53,108 bases of DNA from a virus, in IMG/VR virus record IMGVR_UViG_3300050016_000310. One strand, written 5' to 3'. Shown one piece after another: positions 8,381 through 16,630 of this stretch; the stretch's first letter is position 1, and every line of letters starts with the position of its first letter. A program made the translations under genes and the position numbers. The notes beneath the pieces are model-generated. The model saw only the letters and a program-made list of their open reading frames with translations. It was not told the origin of the DNA and made no database searches.

Positions 8381-9499
8381 TCAGACTCTTACGCCGTGAA
8401 CGACCGCGCGGCCGTTGGCGACGATGAGCCCCATAATTTTTTGCATATACCATCCTCTTTCAGGCTTTCCTATGAGGTACATGTTGATAGGGGCCGTGGT
8501 AACATCCTTCCGGACCGTCTGAGCGCCGAGCACGTTCGGCGCCGACAGGAAGTAGAACTCGCCCGAGTTCAGGACCTTGAGGGTCTCGTACCGCAGACCG
8601 TCCGTGATCAGGTTCACGCCGTACATCGAGCCGAGCGAACCCGACATGATGACTTCGCGCTTGGTCACGGGATCGAAGTACGTGGCGAATTCTGGATCCG
8701 TCAGGATGTCGTTCCACAGGTCCATAGCGATGATCGCGGTGGCGCAAGGATTGCCCCACTGTTGGATCTGCGTCCGGGCCTGGGAGAACACTGACGGGGT
8801 GAAGGTCGTGAAACCCACAGGGTCGTTGTAGCTCGTGGCGGCGACGTTGAGCAGGCCGGTGAGGACCTGATCTTCCTTCACCATCATCTGCTCCAGGCCG
8901 TCGATGTACTTGTCATCGAGCAAATCGCCGGGAGCCTGTTCGAGTTCGCGGTCTTCGATCAGGATGTGCGCCTTGACGTAGAATTCGTCAGGGAACAGGT
9001 AGGACTGATTGATCTGGGAAGTGATCCCAACCGAATCGGTCGCCGCGTAGAACGCGAGGACGTCCTTTTTGCGGATCTTGATACGGCCGATGTCGCCCTT
9101 CTTCAGATCCTTGCGCATCATGATCTTGCGCAAGAAGCCGTCGCGTCCCATCGTTTCGAGCACTTCGTCGCCAAGGACTTCCCCGACGACCCGCCAGGTT
9201 TCGCCCGACTTGTCGGACATGGCAGCTTCGACGAGTTCAGCGCGCTGATTCGCGAAGTCGTGCTGTTCCTGGATCTCGCCAGTTGTCGCGGCAAGAGCCA
9301 GAGCGCCAATGCGCTGCATGACTTCTTTCTTGGAACCGGCGTTGATCTCGCCATTCTTGTCTTCGAACGCTCCGGCGCCGACTTCGACCTTGCCGTTGCG
9401 GGGATGGACCGCGAGAGCCGTGCGGCTTTCGCTGAGTTCATTACCCGTGCGGGTAATGACCACTGATTTCTTCGAGTAGGGATTGAGGGCGGTTGCCAT
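8381..9499 (-). CDS. Major capsid protein (HK97 fold, jumbo-phage type)
   Basis: 372 aa with strong codon bias and AGGAG SD. Motifs RDGFLRKIM, FPDEFYV..HILIEDRE, MVKED, W.DI...F..YFDPVTK.E....G.LG..YGV.LITDG.R resemble large-myovirus capsids. Last gene of the scaffold-decoration-MCP cluster. Confidence 0.85.
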   Translation of the reverse strand: MATALNPYSKKSVVITRTGNELSESRTALAVHPRNGKVEVGAGAFEDKNGEINAGSKKEVMQRIGALALAATTGEIQEQHDFANQRAELVEAAMSDKSGETWRVVGEVLGDEVLETMGRDGFLRKIMMRKDLKKGDIGRIKIRKKDVLAFYAATDSVGITSQINQSYLFPDEFYVKAHILIEDRELEQAPGDLLDDKYIDGLEQMMVKEDQVLTGLLNVAATSYNDPVGFTTFTPSVFSQARTQIQQWGNPCATAIIAMDLWNDILTDPEFATYFDPVTKREVIMSGSLGSMYGVNLITDGLRYETLKVLNSGEFYFLSAPNVLGAQTVRKDVTTAPINMYLIGKPERGWYMQKIMGLIVANGRAVVHGVRV

Positions 9500-9648
9500 G
9501 TGACTCTCCTAGAAAAGTTTTCGATTCGAAATTTTCAGGGTGAGCCGTGGTTTTTTTATGATGGGTTGCTCTCCTGGAAGGCAACCTTTGGCCCTGTGAC
9601 AAGACAATAAGCTGGGGTTGCTCCTCCGTTTAATTTCCCCTAAATGCA

Positions 9649-9682
9649 GAAAGGCCGGACCCCCATTGGGATCCGGCCTTTC
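9649..9682 (-). terminator. Intrinsic terminator hairpin
   Basis: GAAAGGCCGGA...TCCGGCCTTTC. Confidence 0.65.
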
Positions 9683-9716
9683 ATCGGAACTAGGTTCTGC
9701 CGTCAGGCAGCCTGAT

Positions 9717-10082
9717 TCAAGGGATTAGAGCGCAGGCGGTATTGACGAGCGTCGTGAGCTGCCCCACGGCTGCGGTCGGCGAGCATCCCCAGGCAGCAGG
9801 GATGGCGGCACCAGCCAACGAACTCAGGAGCAATCCTGAGACTGCCTGGCAGGCCGCGCTTCCGAGCGAGGACTGTCCCGCCGCACAGAGCCCGGCTTTG
9901 GTGCCCAGGGCGTTCAGGGTAGCGGTGATGGCAGCCTGATTGGTGCATTGGAGTCCAGTCGCGATGGCAGGAGCGAGAGCCCCCACCGCAACGGTCTGGA
10001 CATCGCAGCCCACCGAAGGACAACCGGTGGCACCGACGACGAGAGTGAGACAGAGAGCGACAACAGCGAAAAGACGTTTCAT
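9717..10082 (-). CDS. Small Cys-rich predicted lipoprotein
   Basis: Signal peptide MKRLFAVVALCLTLVVGATG-C followed by six further Cys in an Ala/Leu-rich helical body; AAGGAG SD. Confidence 0.7.
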   Translation of the reverse strand: MKRLFAVVALCLTLVVGATGCPSVGCDVQTVAVGALAPAIATGLQCTNQAAITATLNALGTKAGLCAAGQSSLGSAACQAVSGLLLSSLAGAAIPAAWGCSPTAAVGQLTTLVNTACALIP

Positions 10083-10120
10083 GATAATTCTCCTTGTGGG
10101 GGACTTTTACCAATTCCCAT

Positions 10121-10155
10121 AAAAAACCCGGGCCTCCCTTTCGGAAAGCCCGGGT
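10121..10155 (-). terminator. Intrinsic terminator
   Basis: ACCCGGGC...GCCCGGGT followed by a T run on the minus strand. Confidence 0.65.
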
Positions 10156-10179
10156 CGAAAGATCTCGATTTCGAAGCGG

Positions 10180-10446
10180 TTAGGCTCCGGTGGGTCCCGT
10201 GGAACCAGTTGCGCCGGTAGAGCCGGAAGCTCCCGTAGGTCCAGTGCTGCCGGTTGCTCCGGTAGAGCCGGTGTGGCCAGTGGCGCCCGCCGTGCCGGTG
10301 GCGCCCGTCGCGCCGGATCCCGTCGCGCCCGTCGCTCCAGCAGTCGAAGCCGCAGCCGCGTCGATCGCGTCAGAAATTTCCTGCCCCGCCGCATTGCTGT
10401 TGAGCATGGTTTTCAAAAGGAACAAAGTTTCGGGGGACAATGGCAT
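10180..10446 (-). CDS. Mini collagen-like (Gly-X-Thr) protein, putative head fibre, 88 aa
   Basis: AAGGAG SD; about 17 G-X-T triplets run to the C-terminus; located within the head gene cluster. Confidence 0.75.
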   Translation of the reverse strand: MPLSPETLFLLKTMLNSNAAGQEISDAIDAAAASTAGATGATGSGATGATGTAGATGHTGSTGATGSTGPTGASGSTGATGSTGPTGA

Positions 10447-10528
10447 GGGGCTCTCCTTTAAATTTTGAAAATCAGATCTTTTCTAACTTTGAAATAACCC
10501 ACATTTCCGAGGGTCTTAACTTCCAAAG

Positions 10529-10562
10529 AAAAAGGCCAGCTCCCATCGAGAGCTGGCCTTTT
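10529..10562 (-). terminator. Intrinsic terminator
   Basis: AAAAAGGCCAGCTC...GAGCTGGCCTTTT. Confidence 0.75.
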
Positions 10563-10586
10563 GATTTTTTCAAGCCGCGAACCGGA

Positions 10587-11324
10587 TTATCCGATCAACG
10601 CGGAGAAGCGGAGCATCGCGCCCTGGACCGTGAAGGTCAGGTCGGGGGCGACAAGCACCTTTCCCTGAGGGATGACGGGACCCGCTCCACCCTGCGTGAG
10701 CTGGCCATTGTCTCCCAGCGTGATGGCCGCGCCAGTCGTCCAGTCGAGAGCCGAATTGAACTGATCAGTCGAGAGTTCGATGTAGCCCTTGGCCACACCG
10801 ACGAGACCCAGCTGCGCCACGAGATCCCGATTGTTGATCGAGCGCTCGTAGAACCGAAGACGGGCCTGTTGGACCGTCAGGTTGTAGGCGTAGATGAAGT
10901 TCACGACGGCTCCCGCGTTCCCGGCAGCGAACTTCAGACGTCCGCCCGCGAGGTCCACCTTGACGGTGCCGGTGGGAGGAGTGGCCGAGAAGGCCGTTTC
11001 ATCGATCGTGAGATCCGAGGAGCCGGGGACGGCCGCCCGTTCCGAATCAGACACGAGCTGCTGATTGCGGAGGTTCACGATCAGACTGCCGGACGAAGGC
11101 ACCGTGTACTGTTCCTGCGCGGTCGTCTGCGAAGGAAGCATGTACGGAAGGATGGCCACGCCCGCGAGCTTTTCGCTCCCGTCCACGACGGCCTTGATGC
11201 CCACGACGCTGAGTCCGTTTTCCACGTACTCATGCAGCATGACGCCTTCGTTGGGGATTTCCACACCGGCTCCGGTGCTGCGTTCGACTTGTTCACCGAT
11301 CTTAATTGCTTTACGGTCGATCAT
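10587..11324 (-). CDS. Putative capsid decoration/structural protein
   Basis: 245 aa, beta-rich, AGGAG SD, lies between the scaffold-like gene and MCP. Confidence 0.6.
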   Translation of the reverse strand: MIDRKAIKIGEQVERSTGAGVEIPNEGVMLHEYVENGLSVVGIKAVVDGSEKLAGVAILPYMLPSQTTAQEQYTVPSSGSLIVNLRNQQLVSDSERAAVPGSSDLTIDETAFSATPPTGTVKVDLAGGRLKFAAGNAGAVVNFIYAYNLTVQQARLRFYERSINNRDLVAQLGLVGVAKGYIELSTDQFNSALDWTTGAAITLGDNGQLTQGGAGPVIPQGKVLVAPDLTFTVQGAMLRFSALIG

Positions 11325-11378
11325 GGTCTAGTTTCTCCTGAAAATTTCCATTCTTAGGGTCGAATGAAGTGGTTTCGA

Positions 11379-13664
11379 TTATCGTCTGGTGGACTGGAAG
11401 CCCATCTGCGAACGGATGTCCTGGATCCGATTTTCCCCGTTCGCCAAACCACCCATTGCGATGGCGCTAACCGAGCTTTTGACGAGCCGGTTAACAAGAT
11501 CCTCTTCCTTGGGCTCGATGGCCGGAGTGGCCAATTCGAGCGTTCCGGAAGCTTTGATCGTCTTTTCGAGGGACTCGCGGGCGTCCTTCGGCATGTCCAT
11601 GAGTTCCGTCGCCTTCGCGAGAATGAACTCGAAGTATTCCGGAGCGGACTCAAAGCCCGCTTCGACCGCCCACACGGCATGCTGCTCGGCAAGGCCCGCC
11701 TGCACGAGAGCGTTGAAGAGACCCCCCTTGAGGGCATGGCCGTTTTCTTCGCCCTGGTAGAAGTTCTTGTCGGCGGCGACCATGATGGTCCCCACAGCGC
11801 TCAAGAAATCCTGGCGGAGCGTGCCGACCCGGGCGTCGAACTCGGCGCGAGCCTCGATCTTCGCCTTCTCGCGGATACGGGCCGTGACTTCCTTCTCGTC
11901 GTACTTGTGCGCGAACATGCGCGTCTTCACCATCGGCAGGATCTTCTTCACGCCCATCTCGTCGATGAGCTTGCCGAGGTTGTCCGCATACGAGTCCGAC
12001 ACGAAGCTCGCGCGGATCGTCTGAGGATTTTCCTGATCGGCCAGGTTGATGCGGCCCACCGGCTGACTGTCGATCGTCACGTTCCAGTAAGGGGCATCGC
12101 CTTCTTCCCCGTACAGGCTCATTTCGATCCGCTCGCCCTTGAGGGTATCGAGCGAAGCCAGCCATTCGGTCTGCATCGCTTCGGCAGGAAGCGCGATGCC
12201 AGGGGCGGCAGCGGCCCCACCGGCAGCGAGGGCAGCCGCATCGGCAGCCGCTTGAGCTTCCTTGCGCGCTTTCTCTTCCGGAGTTTCTTCCCCGTCGGCA
12301 GGCTTGGCAGCTCCAGCGGCGCCCGCTTCGGCTCCGCCTTCTCCACCTTCCCCGCCTTCGGCTCCTTCACCAGCAGCTCCCGCTTCGCCTTCGGCCTTGC
12401 CGTCTTTGGCCTTCAGTTCCACAGGTTCTTCCAGGAGGATTTCAGGTGCCACGAATTCCAGCTCTTTCTTCGCTTCCTCAGCTGCCGCCATGTCCTCACC
12501 GGCAAGTGCCTTGAGTTCAGCGCGGACCTGAGCACGAGTTTCCTTGGGGTGCAGAGTCTTCTCGACTTCCGCGCAAACCGCAGAAAGCTTTGCGTTCTTC
12601 TTCACTTCCGCGAACTTCTTGGGATCCAGGGTCGCCATGACCCGAAGCTCGCGCTTCAGATTCATGAGGGTCTTGGCATCGAAGGAAGCCTGGGTCGTGC
12701 GCGCCGTCGCGCTGGCAGCCTTGCGAGCCCGGTAACTGGCCATCGCGGCTTCGAGCTTCTGCTTCTTAGCCTTCGTGGCGACTTCCGCCTCCACTTTGGC
12801 GCGGATCTGAGCTTCGAGCGCCGCATGCGCGGGATCGCCCAGGACCGGGGCGACAGGCGCGGCGGCCACGGGAGCGGCAGCTGGTGCGGCGGCAGCGGCC
12901 GGAGCCGCTCCTGCGGGGGCAGCGACAGCGGCAGCACCTTCAGTGCTGGCGGCCGTCGGGAGCTTCGCGATTTCGTCCATCGGCTTGATCTCAGTGGCAA
13001 TGCCCTGGGCAGCCTTCTGGTCGTTCGGCTTGGCTGCGGCAGCACCTTCCGGATTCGTCAACTGAGGGGGCTCGACCTTCATCGCTTCTTTCGCGAGATC
13101 TTTTCCCTGCGCTCCCATGTTGAGGACTTCTCCGGCTTTCGTACCTTCATTCGCGGCTTTAACGGCAGTGGCCATGTTCTTCTCCTGTAACTTGGAAACA
13201 CAAGATTTTACCTTGTCCATGGCCCCGTCCATTACGGAGGCACAGTGAGGACAATGCAGTTGTTCCGATGCGATTGCGGCTGCCACCGAGATACACAGCT
13301 CTGAGCGGCAGGCCGGACACTTGTGGGACTCGCTGGCCCCATCAATCTGGGCGATGAGAGCTTCGCGCTCCTTGGGGGATAGCTCGGCTTCAAGCTGCAT
13401 CGGGCCGCCGTCCACCATGCTGAACATCTTGGATGAACGAATTCCGACCTGTTTGCGACCCTGGCAATCCGTATAGGCCCCGTAAGTCCCCCCGAAATCG
13501 GGGGGAGGGCCGATATACGCGTACCCGCCGAAACCGTCCGCATAATTGGCCGGTCCAATTGGGTTCAAGGACGACGGTTTCTGCATGAGGGGGTTGTAGG
13601 CAGAGCTACGCCCTTCAACTTGGATCTTCGCCGTAATCCTGCTCATCAAATCTTTGCGGTTCAT
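11379..13664 (-). CDS. Putative prohead core/scaffold protein (Zn-ribbon, Ala/Glu-rich low-complexity and coiled-coil regions)
   Basis: 761 aa; CPAC...CPHC; long Ala-Pro and Glu-Gly stretches; first gene of the head cluster. Confidence 0.55.
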   Translation of the reverse strand: MNRKDLMSRITAKIQVEGRSSAYNPLMQKPSSLNPIGPANYADGFGGYAYIGPPPDFGGTYGAYTDCQGRKQVGIRSSKMFSMVDGGPMQLEAELSPKEREALIAQIDGASESHKCPACRSELCISVAAAIASEQLHCPHCASVMDGAMDKVKSCVSKLQEKNMATAVKAANEGTKAGEVLNMGAQGKDLAKEAMKVEPPQLTNPEGAAAAKPNDQKAAQGIATEIKPMDEIAKLPTAASTEGAAAVAAPAGAAPAAAAAPAAAPVAAAPVAPVLGDPAHAALEAQIRAKVEAEVATKAKKQKLEAAMASYRARKAASATARTTQASFDAKTLMNLKRELRVMATLDPKKFAEVKKNAKLSAVCAEVEKTLHPKETRAQVRAELKALAGEDMAAAEEAKKELEFVAPEILLEEPVELKAKDGKAEGEAGAAGEGAEGGEGGEGGAEAGAAGAAKPADGEETPEEKARKEAQAAADAAALAAGGAAAAPGIALPAEAMQTEWLASLDTLKGERIEMSLYGEEGDAPYWNVTIDSQPVGRINLADQENPQTIRASFVSDSYADNLGKLIDEMGVKKILPMVKTRMFAHKYDEKEVTARIREKAKIEARAEFDARVGTLRQDFLSAVGTIMVAADKNFYQGEENGHALKGGLFNALVQAGLAEQHAVWAVEAGFESAPEYFEFILAKATELMDMPKDARESLEKTIKASGTLELATPAIEPKEEDLVNRLVKSSVSAIAMGGLANGENRIQDIRSQMGFQSTRR

Positions 13665-13780
13665 CTCTACTGTGAATTAATCCCGGTCCACCTGACCTTT
13701 TAATTTCCCCCTCCCGGGGTGGGATCCAGACCGGATAGTTGACTGAGAAAGACTTGACTCGGCGTCCTTATTCTCAAGGC

Positions 13781-14080
13781 ATGGCGTTGAGCGTGCCTAC
13801 AAAGATCCGTATTAAAGCGAAAGTGGCCTACGAAGTCGTTTATGTGGATAAATTTGACGACCCAAACCAACGTGGGGAATGCCGTTGGGACGGGGATATT
13901 CGCCAGATTGCTCTCCGAAGCGATTTGAGCAAGCGCATCCTTTGGGAAACTCTATTCCATGAGATCGCTCATGCGATTGAATGGGAATACAAACTGCCCA
14001 TCCCACACAAAATTATTCACGCGTTGGAGAAGCCCCTGCTCCGGATCCTGATCCTGAACGGCTGGTTGTCGATTGACTGA
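13781..14080 (+). CDS. Small HExxH zinc-metallopeptidase-like protein
   Basis: GEC...I.L......ETLFHEIAHAIE; ATG 7 nt after TTATTC. Confidence 0.7.
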   Translation: MALSVPTKIRIKAKVAYEVVYVDKFDDPNQRGECRWDGDIRQIALRSDLSKRILWETLFHEIAHAIEWEYKLPIPHKIIHALEKPLLRILILNGWLSID

Positions 14081-14120
14081 AAAAGAAACGGCCTCGGGGG
14101 GTAAACCCGAGGCCGTTTCC
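14081..14120. terminator. Bidirectional terminator between convergent genes
   Basis: GAAACGGCCTCGGG...CCCGAGGCCGTTTC. Confidence 0.75.
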
Positions 14121-14146
14121 TGAAAGGTTGGGAATGAACCGCTAGT

Positions 14147-16159
14147 TCATTGCCAAGCCGACACCTGGACCGGAAGACTGGATCCGGCATTTGGAAGCTG
14201 TGAGGGGCTGTTTGAATTACCCAGGCCCGCCGCCGGACCCCAGCAATAAACCGTGCCGGAAGAATTCAACGCGCACGATCCCGAAAGAGACGTAATGCTT
14301 GTCAAGTTTCCCGTCCCGGCGGGATCCAACACGGGAGCAAAGGTATTCAGGCAGGTGGAACTGGCCAAGGGGGCGTCGTTCCCCAGGCGGCCCGCCGATT
14401 CAATCCCCGCGCATTTCACTGAACCATCAGAGAAGAGACCACAGAGGGCTGTTGCATCTCCCTGGCTCAATTGGGACACGTAAGGATTGGTTCCGTAAAC
14501 AATCGTGTCGTAGGCCGCAGGCGCCGCGTTAGAAGGGCCATCGCCTGCACTGCCAAACAAGGCCGCCGTCACGCCATTCGTTCCTTCCCAGCAGTAGACC
14601 GTGTTATTCGTGAGCGAGGACACGCAGGCGCCCATCCCGGCGTTCATAGCGATCGAAGTGATCATGTTGGTCCCCACTCCAGCCAGCGGGATAAACAAAG
14701 GGTACAGAGTGGGAGTCGTAGTTCCATTAGCCCAGCCGGAACAATAAACCGTTCCGCCATTCCGAACGAAGCAAGCCGAAGTATTAACCAACATCGCTAG
14801 ATCTGTGATGAAGGTCATGGGGGTGGCATTATCCGTGGTCAGCACGTAGGCTTTCCCATTCGTAATCGTGGGATTCGTTCCGGTGCCGGTATCGCGACCC
14901 CCGGCACCCCAGCAAAGAGCTTTCTGTGTGGAAAGAAGCGCACAGGTGCTGAGGCCATCCGTCACGATCTTCGTGATCCCCGTCAAGGGGGAGGCGCCGT
15001 TTAAAACCGTTACAGGGTTTGCATGAACGGCGGTATCATTGACGCCCAATGCACCGTAGGTGTTGTCCCCCCAGCAAACCGCTTGACCATTCGAAAGAGT
15101 TGCACAGGCCACGGCACCGCCCACAGAGACCTGAATCACTCCGGTCAAGCTCGCGGTCCCCGCTGGGTTGAGGATCGAGATCGGCTCTCCTACCGTCCCA
15201 CCCCAGCAATTTATGGAGGTGTCTGACAAAATCGCACAGGTCACGGTGCTATCTCCTGAAGTGGAAGAAAGCGCGGTGGCCAGAGCATATCGGAAGGTCT
15301 GAGTGGCGGTCACGGTCTGGGCCGCTGAAGTCACCGTCACGCTATAGGCACCGGCTGCTTGCGCGGAAGTCGTGCAATGCACCTGCGTGCCCGAGTCAAG
15401 CGTCGTCGTGCAAGCGATACCGTTGATTTTGATGGCCGCACCCACGATAAACCCGCCGCCCGTGATCGTCATGAGCGTGCCGCCCGCCGGGGCGCCCGAT
15501 TGGGGTGAGACCGCGTTGATAAATAAGGAGGCGTCGTAAGTGAAGGCTGCCGCAAGCGAGCCCGCCTGCGCGTCTGGATTGGTGATCTGGATCGCCTGGA
15601 TACCGGATCCGGCCGGAGTCACGCAATCGATCTCGGTTGCGCTGATGAAGGTGATCGAGCCGCAGGCCGCCGAGCCGATCAGCACGGTTGCACCAGATTG
15701 AAAGGCAGTACCAAAAATATGGATGCTGGTGCTACCCGTGACCACGCCTTGAGTCGGCGTTACCGAGCTGACCGCCGGAGGCGCGATGTAGGTGAAGGCC
15801 GCCGTGAGCTGGGCCTGCTGAGATCCCAGCGAAACCTGCACGGCTTGCGCGCCCGCGCCGCCCGCCGAAGGGACCTGGCAGGTCGCCTGGGTGGACGATT
15901 GAATCGTGAGACTCAGGCAGGCGCTACCACCCACCGTCACACTCATTCCCGCCGTGAAGGCGGTTCCAGAAATCGTGAGAGTGATGCCGCCGGAGATCGG
16001 GCCCGTGGAGGGAGAGATCGAGGAGAGGAGCAGCGAAGCGGCCACCGCCCCGGGATCGGAAGTCGGGCTCGCCACCGCCGCCCCATCCGTCGGGCTCGAA
16101 CATCCCGCCATCCAACAGACGCTCAAAACCGCCAATCCTACCTGTTTAATTTTTTTCAT
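14147..16159 (-). CDS. Lipoprotein with three IPT/TIG domains and RCC1/BLIP-II-like beta-propeller repeats
   Basis: Lipobox-like MAG-C; three ISP.SG...GG...TI.G..F repeats; repeated CA.LS.G...CWG motifs. Confidence 0.85.
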   Translation of the reverse strand: MKKIKQVGLAVLSVCWMAGCSSPTDGAAVASPTSDPGAVAASLLLSSISPSTGPISGGITLTISGTAFTAGMSVTVGGSACLSLTIQSSTQATCQVPSAGGAGAQAVQVSLGSQQAQLTAAFTYIAPPAVSSVTPTQGVVTGSTSIHIFGTAFQSGATVLIGSAACGSITFISATEIDCVTPAGSGIQAIQITNPDAQAGSLAAAFTYDASLFINAVSPQSGAPAGGTLMTITGGGFIVGAAIKINGIACTTTLDSGTQVHCTTSAQAAGAYSVTVTSAAQTVTATQTFRYALATALSSTSGDSTVTCAILSDTSINCWGGTVGEPISILNPAGTASLTGVIQVSVGGAVACATLSNGQAVCWGDNTYGALGVNDTAVHANPVTVLNGASPLTGITKIVTDGLSTCALLSTQKALCWGAGGRDTGTGTNPTITNGKAYVLTTDNATPMTFITDLAMLVNTSACFVRNGGTVYCSGWANGTTTPTLYPLFIPLAGVGTNMITSIAMNAGMGACVSSLTNNTVYCWEGTNGVTAALFGSAGDGPSNAAPAAYDTIVYGTNPYVSQLSQGDATALCGLFSDGSVKCAGIESAGRLGNDAPLASSTCLNTFAPVLDPAGTGNLTSITSLSGSCALNSSGTVYCWGPAAGLGNSNSPSQLPNAGSSLPVQVSAWQ

Positions 16160-16180
16160 AATGCCAACCTTTCTTTATCA

Positions 16181-16209
16181 GTATAATTCGTTCAAAACCC
16201 TTGCACAAT
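16181..16209 (-). promoter_or_regulatory. sigma70-type (early) promoter
   Basis: TTGTGC-17-TATACT followed by GATAA. Confidence 0.6.
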
Positions 16210-16247
16210 GTGTCTGGTCAGACCCGCCGGACACCCGGAAATCTCAG

Positions 16248-16556
16248 CTATTTCAGCACGTATTCGTCGCCCCTCAGCGTGATATGGAAGCCCATCTGAC
16301 TGACGCAGCCCAGGAATCCCCCGGCTTCGTTGATCCAGCGCGCGGCGAGACGGCCATCCTTTTCCATCATGATATGGAGGACCGCTTCAGCGTACAGCAC
16401 GACAGAGGCTTCCCAGGACAGGGGCTTTTTCTTGGGCATAGCCGCAATTTGCCCGAGAAATCCCACGCCCCGGGAATTGAAGGAATCCCCCGTGTAACGA
16501 GTGGGGGTGTCGTCGTGGGCGGGGCCGATAAAGCTTTTCCAATAGATTTGTCTCAT
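16248..16556 (-). CDS. Hypothetical protein
   Basis: 102-aa ORF directly downstream of a sigma70-like promoter. Confidence 0.55.
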   Translation of the reverse strand: MRQIYWKSFIGPAHDDTPTRYTGDSFNSRGVGFLGQIAAMPKKKPLSWEASVVLYAEAVLHIMMEKDGRLAARWINEAGGFLGCVSQMGFHITLRGDEYVLK

Positions 16557-16566
16557 GTCACTTATC

Positions 16567-16596
16567 AGTATAATTATACTTGAGTTAGAAAGTCAA
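16567..16596 (-). promoter_or_regulatory. sigma70-type (early) promoter
   Basis: TTGACT-18-TATACT followed by GATAA; shares AATTATACTGATAA with the promoter at 16181. Confidence 0.6.
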
Positions 16597-16630
16597 GTAT
16601 CAGTAAGGGCCCTCTGAGTTATTTCAGGGT

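Noticed and set aside
8260-8383. UGA readthrough extension of the major capsid protein
   Set aside because: The downstream frame runs through the terminator and antisense to the endonuclease gene and does not look like coding sequence.
11364-13190. 608-aa plus-strand ORF and similar long antisense ORFs (10440-11357, 26761-27654, 26993-27784)
   Set aside because: They are shadow ORFs opposite strongly codon-biased genes in GC-rich DNA and show no motifs or SD.
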